A stretch of 64,000 nt of DNA. Origin: the human T2T-CHM13v2.0 reference genome, Homo sapiens. Under the pieces are notes generated by a model. That model was not told where the DNA came from, ran no database searches, and saw nothing but the letters and a program-made list of their open reading frames with translations. The DNA lies in NCBI RefSeq assembly GCF_009914755.1, contig NC_060930.1, one strand, 5' to 3'. The position numbers were made by a program, and so were the translations under genes. Shown piece after piece: positions 45,942 to 61,285 of this stretch (positions are counted from its first letter, which is position 1; each line of letters opens with the position of its first letter).

Positions 45942-46396
45942 TGACATTTCTTAAAAGAAGACATACAAATGGGCAAGCAGTACATGAAAAATGCTCAACG
46001 TCACTACTCATTATGGAAATGCAAATTAAAACTTGATAAGATATCACCTCAAACCTGTTATAATGGCTATTACCAAAAAGACAAAAGATAATAAGCGCCA
46101 GAGAGGAAGTGGTGACAAGAAAACCCTTGCACAGTTTGGTGAGAATGTAAATTGGTACAGCCATCATGTAATACAGTATGCAAATTCCTCACAAAATTAA
46201 ATATAGAACTACCACATGATCCAGCAATCCTACTAGGTATATTTGCAAAGAAAATGAAATTAGTATGTTTAAGAGATATCTGCATTCCCATGTTCACTGC
46301 AGCATTATTTATAAGAGCCAAGACATGGAATCAACCAAATTGTCCATCAACAGATGAATGCATAAAGAAAATGTGGTTTATATACACAATGGAATA

Positions 46397-46571
46397 CAGT
46401 CATGTGTCACTTAACAGCAGGACATGTTCTGAGAAGCACGTCTTTAGGCTAACATGATTTATTGTACTTAAACTTTTTCAGCCTACTACTGCACACCTAG
46501 GCTATGTGGTATAGCTACCTTGTATATGTGGTCTGTCACTGACTAAAACTTTGTTACACAGTGTATGACCC
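46397..46571. mobile_element. Tigger3/MER7-type MITE in L1
   Basis: TA|CAGTCATGTGTCACTTAAC...TATGACCC|TA, splitting L1 ggaata/ctattcagcc. Confidence 0.75.
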
Positions 46572-47794
46572 TACTATTCAGCCTTGAGAAGATGGAAATG
46601 CTGTCATTTGCAACAATATGGATGAACCTGGAGGACATTAAATTAAGTGAAATAAGCCAGGCACAGAAAGACAAGTAACACATAATCTCACTTATATGTA
46701 GAATCTAAAAAAGCTGAACTCATAGAAGCAGAGTAAGATGATCCTTACCAAGGGCTGTGAGGAGGATTAGGAGGGAGGCGGGGTAGATGTTGATCAAAGC
46801 ATATAAAATTTCAGTTAGATAAGGGAATAAGCTCAACATGATGACTACAGTTAAAAACAATGTACTATATTGTATTCTTGAAAATCACTAGAAGCATAGA
46901 TTTTAAGTGTTCTCACACAAAAAATAAGAATGTGAGATAATACATATGCTAATTAGCTATATTTAGCCATTCTACACTGTATACACATATCAAAACATGA
47001 TGTATATGATAAATATGTATAATTTTGTCAATTATCAAAAATAAATAAATATTTAAAAGTTATTCTATCATATCTGGTTAATCCACTAATACACATACAC
47101 ACTAAATTGTAAAAATATTGATAATGCATAAAAAAATCTAAATTTTGAAAAATTATAAAACTCCTTTTCCCTCAATCTTGATTTCCCAAAAACAGTCTTT
47201 ACGCTTGTAATCTAAAATAACAGATAATACTCTACAAACATTTATACTACTTAAAAATAAACATGTTCTGTAGCACCTTTAAATCACTGTCTCCATTAAA
47301 CACTCTATGATAAACATAATTTAATAAAAACACATAATTTTACCCAGATTCGAGACCTTTTATGAAAACAAGCAAGAAAATCCTCTCTTAAAATGTGTAA
47401 AGTAACTTTAAGTAAGCATTTATTTTATTATTACACAACAGTAATACAATACATTATTAAAGAGCTGGCCTCTACTATTTGGATAGAAATTAGGCTTCCA
47501 GTGATTTCGGTAAACATCATTTTTATTTATTTATTTTTGTCAAAATAGAAAAGGCTATTTTTCTTAAAAAAAAAAAAAAAAAGAAAAAAAGAAAAGCTCT
47601 AAAATACCAATTCCAGCCTCTTTTAGATGTTTAAATAAAAATTGTTTTCCCTTTCAGCTCCCAGATAATAGCAACTAAATATAAAATTAGAACATATAAA
47701 GCATTTTAGTTTAAATTCTTACAGATTAAACGACATGCATTAAGGACTGAATACTGTCTTTAAGTCTCAAAAATACAAACTCTTAAAGCATTAC

Positions 47795-47925
47795 CTTGTC
47801 GTACCTGTTGAGTGACAGGCTTATTAAATCACAAAGGAGAGTTTCACAATGTTCTTCAAATAGGCTGATGTTGGTTAAATTGTCACTTGCCAGATTCATA
47901 AACTGATGACCATATACAACTTGTT
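47795..47925 (-). CDS. MMS22L: MMS22L exon 8
   Basis: tttcag|AA...AAG|GTAATG; 131 nt; QVVYGHQFMNLASDNLTNISLFEEHCETLLCDLISLSLNRYDK. Confidence 0.96.
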
Positions 47926-48093
47926 CTGAAAATGTAATAAAAATAGTTTTAAAATACAGATTTTACTAAGTCAGAAAGGAAAAAGTGACTGTACATCTTT
48001 AAATTATAACAAAACTAAAACATACAGTTTTTAATTTTTTTTTGCAAATAAAATATGAATTTGAGGACAACCTTCTCATATGAGCACTGATAA

Positions 48094-48483
<390 letters not shown>

Positions 48484-49824
48484 TTAATGCAACACAACTT
48501 AAAAAAAAAAGAGAGAGAACAACATAAAATCTTCATCCACATTTCTAACCAACAAAGCCTTTAAAACATTATTTTTTTAACAAATACTGATAAACTGATC
48601 CCATGCAATTGTTTTATGGCATAAAATAGGGCAAACCAAGGTAATAGATAACCAAAATTTTTACTTATCAGAATAAGTCCACTTGAGTATTACTCTAAGA
48701 ATATATTAATGTGAAATACAGAGTCCACATGAGAGGAAATTATATACTGGTGTACATCTTCATATGTTTCTGTGTATGAATATATGTAAGTATATACCTA
48801 TATAGACATATATATGTAAGTATATACATATATAGACATATATATGTATGTATTTATTAACAGAAAAGCAGGTGTAGGAGTAACAGACATCTTTACAACC
48901 TAAGTGACAGGTTGCCAATGGAACTTAAAAATGCCAAAGAGCAACATCAAGAAATAAATGGGCAACATATCCACAAGGATAAAAGATATTTATCCATAAT
49001 ATGTATAAACTCCTACTAAAAAAAGAGGAAAATTTGCAAAATACAATGAGTAATTAATAAAGCAAATATAGACAATAAAACGTAAAGATGTTCAACTTCA
49101 CTAGTAACCAAGAAATTGCAGATAAAAAAAAGCCATTTCATTTTTCACATGTTAGCTGGCAAAAAATAAAATATAATTGATAATATCAACTACTGGCAAG
49201 AGTATGAAGTAAAGGCACACTACAGTTAATGCCTATATATCAGCAGGACTTACTATTCAGCAAAACAGCAGCATATACATATTAAAACTACGATGTGCCA
49301 CTCTACTTCTAAGAATATTTTACAGAATAACTTGTACGCAGATTAAAGATATATTTCTATACACAAGGGTGTTCAGTGAAAAATGATTTGTAAAATCAAA
49401 AAATGAAAGTAACTTCAATGTTTAAAAATAGGCATGGCTAAATATAGTAGAACCATAACATGCAGCCTTTAAATGGATAAAGTAGAACTATAGGTACTAA
49501 CATAAACAGATCGCTAAAACACTGATAAATGAAAGATCACACTGAACAGTATGATGATCATATCTGTGGTTAAAAACAAAAACAAAATTTTACCTATGAG
49601 TTTCTATATATGTATACTAACAGATAGAAGGTAAATATGGAAAGATAAACCAAGCTGTTCCCAATAGTTATCTCTGGAAAGAAAGGAGTAAAACTTTTAC
49701 TTCATACTTTGTTTACTATTTGATTTTTTTTTAAATATCAGAAAGCACTTATTACTTATGTAATTTTAAAAAGCAATAAAAGCTGATTTTAAAAAGAATA
49801 TAAATCATAAATCCATAAACTTAC

Positions 49825-49915
49825 TCAATTTTTCACCCAGCATGTAAAGAATTTCTAGCACCAGCCAATGTATATCCAAGTGGAGATGTAATAAATGCCA
49901 TGACGGTGGAAAAAG
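49825..49915 (-). CDS. MMS22L: MMS22L exon 7
   Basis: ccacag|CTT...TTGA|GTAAGT; 91 nt; LFPPSWHLLHLHLDIHWLVLEILYMLGEKL. Confidence 0.96.
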
Positions 49916-51598
49916 CTGTGGATGACATTATCAACTGTGATTGAGAATTCATTAATATTTTACTAGGTATTTCATAGCATGTCACAATACTCCTCCATAA
50001 ACACAAGGATAAAGAACCAATTAACCTACCACTATTCAAAAGCTCAGGGAAAACCTCTGTCTTGTTCATTAGAGGATTCTTTCACTGAAGATCTTTGAAA
50101 GCAGGAAATATTTTCATCTGTTGGTTTAAGACAAACCCACCTTGGGGCTGCTGAATAGACTTGTATAGTAAAGGTACCTTCCAACCAACCTCTGATTCTA
50201 CTACAGCTGCAAGGCAGTAAAAGAATTTTTTAACACGTATTTTCATAATTTTGTTTTAGAATTTAGCTAGGAAATTTTTTTTAATGTATGAGTACCCAGG
50301 AACTCCTATAAAATATTTTAACAAAAGAACTTTAGACTGTCATGTAGACATTATTGTCATCTCATTAAGAAACAGAAGTTAAAAGAGGTGAAAAAATTTA
50401 CCTCTCAATTCATGTATTAGTATTCAAACTCAATTCTACCTGAGTCAAAACCCAGCACTTTCAAGTATTGTGTTATACTGGGTTATCAATAACCTTCCTC
50501 CTGTCAGCATTTAGCATCACTATAAAAATAAATACAATGACATAACATGTTCCATTAAAACAAATAGAAAGAATGATGAAGAGTAGACCTGCCTTATTAG
50601 GTATACAAACAAAATAAAATGCTACACTGACAAAACAATATTGGGACAGAAATAGATAACAAACAGCAAGAACAGACAAGACAGAAATAAATTTATGTGG
50701 CATCTGAAATCGATGGGAAAAGTATGGGTCATTCAATAAAAAATAAGATTTTTAACTTTGCAAGAAACTAAAGTTAGACTTCTCACCTCACTGCATGTTT
50801 AAAAATAACATGAATTAAAGAAATAAAAGCAACAATCAAAATATTTTAACAGCATAGATAAAACAAAAAACGGAAAAATATAACTATCTAAAAAATTCAA
50901 ATCGACCTAGAAAGTCAGCTTACTTGATGAAAAAGTAAATAAAAGAAAATATTTGCAATACATAATTCTGAACAACTAATATATATCTAGAGAGTTCTTA
51001 AAAAATAAAAGAAGCTCAACTGGAAGTACCAATTAAAACAAGACATTTCATATACAAGACTGTTATAACAAATATATAAAGTCTTGAAAGATGCTTTTTA
51101 TTTTATTATGCTTTTTTGTTTCAGAAAAGAACAGTATTTTAGTGTGTGATTTTTTATTTTTTGAAGACTGTAAAGTTCCCCTGCTTTAAAAATTTAGTCT
51201 TCTGAGCTTCAAATAACCTATCTTTTCAAGTCTGCCTAATTAAAAAGCCTATGAAAGGCAAAACCTAGTTTGAGGACCCCAGTGCACAAATTTTTATTTC
51301 TGCTGCTATATAAATTATTCATTTTTATTTCTTACATATTTGATGGATAACCAGAAAATAAAAACCAGTCCAATTTACAGAAACTAGTAAGGAAAATATC
51401 CCTCCCTCAACAATCTACTCATGAATCTTTTTATTAAATGACGTAATTAAAAGCAATTACCTATTTGTTTTCTATCGATTAGATATATTAACTTGTAAAT
51501 TCAGTTAGAACTTTGCTTTTATTATTACATATATTGATCTCTGATGAAAAACTTGTTTCTGCTTCATTTCACAGAAATATGTAAACATTTAATTCTAC

Positions 51599-51895
51599 TT
51601 ATTTTATTTCTTGAGATAGGGTCTTGCTCTGTCATCCAGGCTGGAATGCAGTGGTGCAATCATGTCTCACCACAGCCTCAACCTCCTGAGTTCAAGGGAT
51701 CCCCCCACCTCGACCACCTGAGTAGCTGGGACTACAAGGTATGTGCCACCACACTGGACTAACTTTTTAATTTTTTGTAGAAATGGGGTCTCGCTATGTT
51801 GCCCAAGCTGGTCTCAAATCCTGGATTCAAACAATCCTCCTGCCTCAGCCACCCAAAGTGTTGGGATTACAGGCATGAGCTACCATGCTTAGCCG
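51599..51895 (-). mobile_element. AluJ
   Basis: Diverged antisense Alu. Confidence 0.85.
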
Positions 51896-52626
51896 TTTTT
51901 ATATTTTAACAAAGATATATTCATAAAGAGTAAATATTATTCAAAACGGTAAAGTCAAATATAATGAAAGGGGTTGAGACTTCAGGGAATCTCACTGTGA
52001 ATTACCATAATTTGTTATTCATATAAGCTCCCATTTTAATAGGCAGAATCTATTACTTATCTATAAGCTAGGCACGGTAACAATATAAAGTTTTAAAAAC
52101 CAAACTTCAGAGGGAATGATTATCACAGGTAGGAAAAAAAGGGCACAGTCAAAACAATCTTAATCACATTCCAAAAAGGCCTCAAAAGTCAGAATACACA
52201 TAATGATGTGGTCTTGAAAGTTTTTTTTATAAGCTGATCTTGAATCTTACTGTAATATATGATAAAAATTTCAGAAAATAAAGATTATTTCATTTGCTTT
52301 AAAATTTTCAGACACTTATACTGTCATAAATCAAGAGAATAGCTACTGATTCAATGACTACTATGTTTTAATAACTTCATGTATATGAATTTATTTAATT
52401 CATCCAATGATTCTGGTAAGTTGTAAGAATTACACAGATGTGGAGGCTGAGGTGTCATTTGCCCAAAAGCACACAATTAATAAAAGGAGGATGGGGGGCA
52501 AGAATTTCAACTCAGGCAGTCAGGTTCCAGAGCTGTAATTCTGACTAATTTCTCTCCTTCTTGAATGAATACTCCTTGTGGGGAGAAAAAGCTGATAATT
52601 TAAAAATCAAATGAAACAAGTCAAAC

Positions 52627-52804
52627 CTTAATCTGGTTTTGATTTACAAATGCTCCTATATTAACACTGGGAAGTTCAGATAGGTGTCCAATATACAAGA
52701 GTAATCCATGAAGCTCATCAATCAACACTGAGGGAAGCTGAGCCTCCAAAGCCTCATAAGGATGGACAGGAACATGACTCTCAGCATTCTGTACTTTCAG
52801 ATAC
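52627..52804 (-). CDS. MMS22L: MMS22L exon 6
   Basis: ttttag|G...AAG|GTTTGA; 178 nt; YLKVQNAESHVPVHPYEALEAQLPSVLIDELHGLLLYIGHLSELPSVNIGAFVNQNQIK. Confidence 0.96.
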
Positions 52805-52897
52805 CTAAAAAATAATTAGATAAAATAAACAACTAGAGTCTGTGTGAATACACACAGAAATTCATGCAGTGATCAAAATACTCATCTGATATCCTAC

Positions 52898-52985
52898 CTG
52901 AAGATGAAAACTTTAACATAATGGAGAAATAGTACACACTGCTGCCTAATATTGTCTGCTTTGCAGTGTAGAGTTGATACCTTCC
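52898..52985 (-). CDS. MMS22L: MMS22L exon 5
   Basis: tttcag|GG...CAG|GTAGGA; 88 nt; KVSTLHCKADNIRQQCVLFLHYVKVFIF; followed by a 93-nt intron. Confidence 0.96.
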
Positions 52986-53099
52986 CTGAAACCAAAATAG
53001 ACAATGTTAATCATAGTTCAAATAATTATCATGGGCAGTGACAAAAAATGTTGTAAGCCATACCGGCAGCAATTCTCTATCTTGTAACATTTTATATTA

Positions 53100-53990
53100 A
53101 ACATTCTCTTATGGTTCTTGCTCCCCGCTACTCCTCAAAAAATGCTCTTATTAAAGTCACCAATCACACCCACATTGCCCAATCTAATAGACAGTGCCTA
53201 CCCTCAAGTAACTTGCTCCCACAGTAGCACTAGCTACACCTGGCTTCATGGTGCCAGATAATGAGTCTTCTTTCTTCCTCATGTATCCTTTGTCCTACCT
53301 CTTTTATTGGCTCCTCCTCCTCAATTCTATTATTAATATGGTCTCTTCAAGACTCAGTCCTGAATCCTCTACTCTCTGTATATCTCTTCCCATATGTATG
53401 ATCTCATCAGTTCCTTTATTAATAAATGATAATGACTCTAAAAGGGTTATCTACAACCCCATCTCTCCTTTGCACTCCAGACCTTCCGTGTTAAACTGCC
53501 TAACACCTATACTTGGATTGCTCAGACAGTGCAAATAATACCTCCTTTGATTTCTTTCAAAACCTGTTGATGCTGTCCTTGTTTTCAGCCTTTCATAAAA
53601 TGGTGCCACCAGTAGCCTATATGGTTCTTGATTCTTGCATTTCCTTTAACCTCGTATCTAATCCTTCAGAGTCCTATTAAGTTAATAACCAAATATACAT
53701 TGAAACTATCCATTTTCCCTATAAACACTTAAACCACCACAATAGCACTCTTCACAGGTCTTTCCATGCTCTCTTTTGTCCCCCTATACACTAAGTAAAA
53801 AATCTGCTTAAAATGTATATCAATTTATCTTGTTCCCAAGTCAAAACTCTTGAAAGAATACCTATTATATTTAGAATAAAATCAAAACTCCTAATAATAA
53901 TTTATAAAGCTCTGAACGACCTTTTAATAGTTGCTGCCTTTCTCCCAACCTCACTCCATGTCAGCTTTCCCTCACTTACTTCAGCATTTA
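53100..53990. mobile_element. L2 relic
   Basis: aaagtcaccaat...tgactctaaa...ctccagacc...tagaataaaatcaaaactcct. Confidence 0.7.
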
Positions 53991-55124
53991 TATCAGCAAT
54001 AATTATCTAGGTAGTTACTATGGGCAAAACACTAATAATCATTATATAGAGAATGAGTAAGAGACAATCTAGTAAACAAAAGCAAAGAAAACATGATGAG
54101 AATTATAGGCTACAAATTTACAGCCATACTAAACATGAAACTAAAGTTTAATTCAAATGAACAATCATGCCACTACTGTGGCAGAATAGAAGCATAAGTG
54201 TGAAGCAGTTGTGTAAATACCTCCATATTAAACTGCATTTTTATGGCTTTATTTCACCCATAAAAAGTCATATCATCCCAATTTTCACAATTCTCGGCCC
54301 ATTAAGGCAGTACTCTCTTAAAAATAACTGCAGTGAACATCTGCATCCAGGCAAGACGGAGTAAAATAATCAGATTGCTCCATCTCCCACTGTAAAGCTG
54401 AAAACCATAAAAATTACGTCAAGCAAGTTTTCAGGCTCTGGACACAAGACAATATAAGATTGCTCTCCCAGAGAGAAACTGAGCCCTACAACTGTACCAG
54501 CTCCCCACCTAGAGACAGTTTCCAGGCTTCAATATGAGGAAGAGAACCCAAATACAGCCCAACTCACTCTTTGAGATGAGGAGATATGGGATCCAAGTTT
54601 AGGGAAGTCCAAATTTGCAGGGCAAAAGTACCCAAGAAGAAAGAAGCTATACAAAATAGAGTTCTGGAAGGGTACAGAAGTGTCCCTCTGAGATTTAAGT
54701 ATCGATCTGTTCAAGCATGAAAAATATTACCCAACGCCAGGGAAAAACACCAGAAAACAATTCCCTATAAAGAGTACACAAGCCAGGGAATAGTTCAAGT
54801 TCTCACCAGCAAGCATGAAAAAAAATCTCATAATAGACTACGCACGAGAAAGAATTCTCAAAGCCTTACTAGACTAATTTACTAGGCTAAGTTAACATTA
54901 AAGGCTGCTTTTTAAAAGTCCTACCAAAATTTAAAACAAGCCTCAAGAAGAACCAGTGGATTACAACTACACAATAGCGACCCATAACAAAATTCAACAT
55001 CTAGTTTAAGGAATAAAAATCCAGAAAGCAACAATGTGAAACCCACAATGTTCATCTAACAATAAAACATTACTATATATTCAAAGAAGCAGAAAAATAT
55101 ATCACAGAATCAGGAGAAAAACTA

Positions 55125-55454
<330 letters not shown>

Positions 55455-55645
55455 AAGAATTATTAATAGCAGCAACAACAGTGGTTATAATGTATACTCC
55501 ATATATTCAAGATGGATGAAAACAAGCATGAAGTCAGAAACAGAAGACATTTTAAAAAATCCATAAGGAATGTCTAGAGAAAAAAAACACACACACAATA
55601 GCTGAGACAGGGTAACACCAACAATTATATTTAAGAATAGCTCTT

Positions 55646-55962
55646 GGCTGAGTGTGGTGGGTGATACCTATAATGCTAGCACTTTAGGAGGCCAAGGCGG
55701 GAGGATCACTTGAGCCCAGAAGTTTGAGACCAGTCTTGGCAACATAGTGAGACCTTATCTCTACAAAAAATTAATTTTAGTCAGGCATGATGGCGTGAGC
55801 CTGTAGTCTCAGCTACTTGGGAAGCTGAGATGGGAGGATCTGCTTGAGCCCAGGAGGTCAAGGCTGAAGTGAGTCATGATCGCACCACTGCACTCCAGCC
55901 TGGGCGATGGAGTGAGACCCTGTCTTGAGACAGAGACAAAGAGACGGAAAGAGAGAAAAAAA
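55646..55962 (+). mobile_element. AluJ
   Basis: ggaggatcacttgagccc; GA-rich tail. Confidence 0.87.
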
Positions 55963-57055
55963 ACAGCTGTCAGCAAAACATGTCATTAAGTATGTTATTC
56001 TGCCTCAACTGGAAATTAACCCTGGAAGCATAATGGCTAGAACAAGAACTATACTCATCTGGCAGTAAGTAACTACATAGGGACTTCTTGGCACAGCTGA
56101 GGTCCAAGGGTAGCTACACAAGTTAATGAACACAGCTACATGGCAGGGACATGTTCATGTATGGATAATATTTAACACCACTAACTTGTCCAAAATCTGT
56201 CATTAAAAGCTTTTTTAAGCAACAAAAACAGCCAAAATGTCAGTGTAACAAACAACCATCTTAACAAATAGTCCACTGCAGTGGTTTCAGGTTAATAAGT
56301 GTAATAATAATAATCTATCATAATAAATGCCTTCCATGAACCCAATTTACTTAAGTTATTCTACGTAAAGGTAAAGGTATTTTGGTTCTTTCCACTATAA
56401 TCTTTTAGTGGCTCCACAGGAGTTCCAAAATAAAAATCATACTCTCTGTCATGGTTTACAAAGCCAACTCTGCTTTTATCCCTTCCAAATTCATCACTCA
56501 CACACATTCTGATCCAACCATATGTAATTAATATTTAATCCATGCTCTCTAAACTTTTATGTTTTTACACACATCACGTCTTTGTTTATACAGTTTTATT
56601 TTTTTCTGCCTGGAATTCTTCCTGTCCGAAAAACTTTTCCCAAATCTTTTGCCTAGCTAATTTCTTCCCATCTGTGAAGACCCAGATCTGGCATCATTTA
56701 GTGAGGAGCTCACAGATAGACAAAGCCCTTGGCTTCCACAGCAGCTTGTACATTCCTTTATCACCGTACCTTTTCATTTACCAAGCTGATGTATGCTTGC
56801 ATGTCTAGCTGTCTACACAACTGCAAACTCATCAGCAGCATATTTTTCCTCTTTGATTCGTCAGTACCTTGCAAAGTACCTGGCATGAACCAGGGACCCA
56901 TCAGATGATAATGAAACAATAATACTTAACATTTACAAATCACGTAACATATTAAGAAAACAAAAAATATAAAACAGCCTAAAAGCTGATAGCTAACAGC
57001 TAGGCCATGGTATCCCCTACTGAAAATAAACAATTTTCATAAAACATAAAAAATA

Positions 57056-57366
57056 GTCCAGGCACGGTGGCTCACGCCTGTAATCCCAGCGCTTTGGGAG
57101 GCCGAGGTGGGTGGATCACAAGGTCAGGAGTTCGACACCAGCCTGACCAACATGGTGAAACCCCATCTCCACCAAAAATACAAAAATTATCCAGGTGTGG
57201 TGGTGTGCGCCTGTAATCCCAGCTACTCAGGAGGCTGAGGCAGGAGAATTGCTTGAACCCAGGGGGCTGGAGGTTGCAGTGGGCCAAAATCATGCCACTG
57301 CACTCCAGCCTGGGTGACAGAGCGAGACTCCATCTCAAAAAATAATAATAATAATAAATAATAATG
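57056..57366 (+). mobile_element. AluS with an (AAT)n tail
   Basis: Full Alu. Confidence 0.9.
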
Positions 57367-57529
57367 ATACAGGGCCACTCCATTACAGTGAAACAAGACA
57401 AAAACAAAACCTCTGTAACCATGTCTGAATACAAAACATGGCACTATGCAATCACACACACTCCAAACAAAACACACACACACACACAAAATGAACAAAA
57501 AAACACATCCTCCCTCTTCCAGTGACCAG

Positions 57530-57840
57530 GACAATACTTTTTTACTAATTAGGATGCTCCCTTTGTTTGTCTCACCTCCTAGATAAAAATTAAAATACCC
57601 ACTCTTCAAATTGCCCCTGCTAATTAACAGCATCCAATCCAGAATATAGCCTTATCCCCCTTAAGCCCTACGGAAAATCACCAGAATGAGCCCCAAACAT
57701 ATCACAAGTCCCTTCCTACTCCCTCTTACTGACAAGCCCCAGCTTTTCCTTGTAATGTGTATTTTTCCTTTTTTCATAATCTAATAAACCTCTGTTTGAC
57801 CAAAAGTGTTCCAGGTAGTCTTTGGTTGCTAGGCATCAAT
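57530..57840 (+). mobile_element. Old LTR fragment (LTR40-like)
   Basis: aataaacc...gtgttccaggtagtctttggttgctaggcatcaa 3' end. Confidence 0.5.
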
Positions 57841-58052
57841 AATGGTAGACACTGTGTTAAGCACTTAACACGCTCAACAAAGTTAGAACTATTACTTGAC
57901 GTAAGACCCACAATTAGCTAGGGTTGGAAGCCAGGGTGACAAGGCCATGATTCTAAACACTGCACTGCACCAAAATTACTAGAAAGGAGAAGCAGCCAGA
58001 CTGCACTAAAACACACTGCCCTTCAATTCCCTTTATTACCTTAGCTATACAT

Positions 58053-58363
<311 letters not shown>

Positions 58364-58771
58364 CTAAACAAAAGAAAAAAAAATCAGTAATCCATCACAC
58401 ACCAAAAGCAAACACAAAAGCAGAAAGCAGAAAAGAAAATCAAGAAGACAGCATGAGGTCTGGCACTGTTTAGTTCTCATTTAAGTTCTCTATCCCACTC
58501 CCTACCTCCAAAACAAGTACTAATTCTCTTCAGAGAATTTTAGCTTAAGTCGGTTTTACCTTTAAAATCTACAGATTTGGGAAAATACTATATATCTCAG
58601 CTACAACAAAATTTAAAAAGTCATACTTTTCTGAACACTAAATTCGTAAACTTCTGGCCTAATGCTTCCTCTGTATTATCATGATATGCCAATTATACCA
58701 TCATGGACCCATGTGCAACTCACTATAATGAAGCACCATTCCCTTTTGCATTAAACACACCTTAAACTTAC

Positions 58772-58821
58772 CAAAATCACAACTGGACTGTAACAAGGTT
58801 TCCAAGTTGTACAGTTGTTGC
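58772..58821 (-). CDS. MMS22L: MMS22L exon 4
   Basis: attag|G...TTTG|GTAAGT; 50 nt; QQLYNLETLLQSSCDF. Confidence 0.95.
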
Positions 58822-59124
58822 CTAATTTTAAAAATGTAAGGTGAGAGTTAATTTTAGAACACTTTAAAGCATGTAACAATTACGTGGACAATGTTTCCAA
58901 ATTACACAGCTTCAATACCTCTTTAATTTGGGGATGATGATTAATACCTTGTGAATGTTAATTAAAGGATCAGCTTCAGGTAATGAAAACTTTAAGAAAA
59001 GATAAAATACATCTTTGCCTGACCTTCCAAAATTATCTATTAAAGACTGCATATATCTCAAAAATTATTTCAAATACCATAGCCTTCACCATCAGCAAGA
59101 TACTGTTTATATCTTTAAGTTTAC

Positions 59125-59722
<598 letters not shown>

Positions 59723-60263
59723 AGAAGTTTAAGATACATAAAACATTCTAGGTTAACAGTTACATAATAAAATTTTAAACTGTATCATACAGTTATACAA
59801 TAGAAGTTCAAAAAAGGAATAATGTAGACTAAAGTATCAGGGAAAGCTGTTATTTATCATGTTCCATCTTAATTCCTGATAGCAATTTCTTGCTATTCTT
59901 CCTAGTTGATTTCAAAGTCTTTAAAAATTAACCCATATTTATAACCTATGTCCTAGATAAAGACTCGCTCATTCTGTAATCTTCAGGATTACAGAGGATC
60001 ACTCACTGAGCCTGTTCTATCAATAAAACGTATGACATGGCGTAGATACAGTTTAAGTCTCTTCAAAAGGTTTCATGGGATGATGGTGAGAGAATTCCTT
60101 CCACCTCTCCATTTTCCTTTAAATGTATCACATATAGATTTTTACTGTGTTTTGGAATAATTAGCTTTCAATAACTGACTCCTGTTTAAAATTACCTAAA
60201 ATCTGAATATGAACTGTGTCTTAAATGATAATGAAGAACTTTAATTTTTATTAATTGAGATGA

Positions 60264-60536
60264 GTTTTTTTTTTGAGACAGAGTCTCGCTCTGTCACCCA
60301 GGCTGGAGTACAGTGGGCAATCTCAAATCACTGCAACCTCCGCCTCCTGGGTTCAAGCAGTTCTCCTGCCTCAGCCTCCTGAGTAGCTGGGATTACAGAC
60401 GCATGCCATCACGCCTGGCTAATTTTTGTATTTTTAGTACAGAAGGGGCTTCACCATGTTGGTCAGGCTGGTCTCGAACTCCCGCCTCGGCCTCCCAAAG
60501 TGCTGGGATTACAAGCATGAGCCACCGCGCCTGGCC
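60264..60536 (-). mobile_element. AluS
   Basis: Antisense Alu with an internal deletion. Confidence 0.88.
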
Positions 60537-61159
60537 GTCCTCATCGTTTTTAAAAAGCACATATTTTTAAGAAATTCATACTGAAGTATTTATGGGTGAA
60601 ACGACATGATGCCTAGGATTTCCTTACAAATACTTAGGCCAAAAGAAGAGGAGACAAGACAGATGAAGGAAATGTAATAAAAAGTTGTTGTTTACTGCAA
60701 CTGAAGGAGGGTATATGGATGTTCATTATATTATTATTTTGTGTATGCTTAAAATTTTTCATTAAAAAAATTTTAAATGTTGTCCAAATAATTAATATTT
60801 CTATTACACAGTCTAAACAATTTATTTGTTAAGACCATACTCTAAAGATCACTGAAAGACTATGGCTATTGCACAACAAAAATATTTTAATTTTCTTCTA
60901 AAAATTATAGTTCAAAGCCTTAAATATTTGTCAATACATGTGTCAAATGCAAAGAATAAAGATTCTGAAAACGCAACTCATTAAAACCATTACTCATCAG
61001 GCATTGCTGCTTGATTATTGTTACTGGTAAGATAATCAAGTGAGCAACCAGCACAATTCCTCTGGTCTTTTGTAATATCAGTATTAGAAGCCACCCAACA
61101 ACGTAATTTACAAAAGTGAACAACACCTACACTCACAGAAAGTTATAACGAAGAAATAC

Positions 61160-61285
61160 CTGAATAAATGAAAGAGTTCTCTAGATGAATTCACTAATGC
61201 TGTTTCAGTAACCCACTGAATGCCAAATATTTCCAAGGTATCTTCTTCAAAATTAGTTGGTAAAGGGTCAAGATTCAAAATCAAT
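61160..61285 (-). CDS. MMS22L: MMS22L exon 3
   Basis: tttcag|A...TTCAG|GTATTT; 126 nt; LILNLDPLPTNFEEDTLEIFGIQWVTETALVNSSRELFHLF. Confidence 0.97.
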
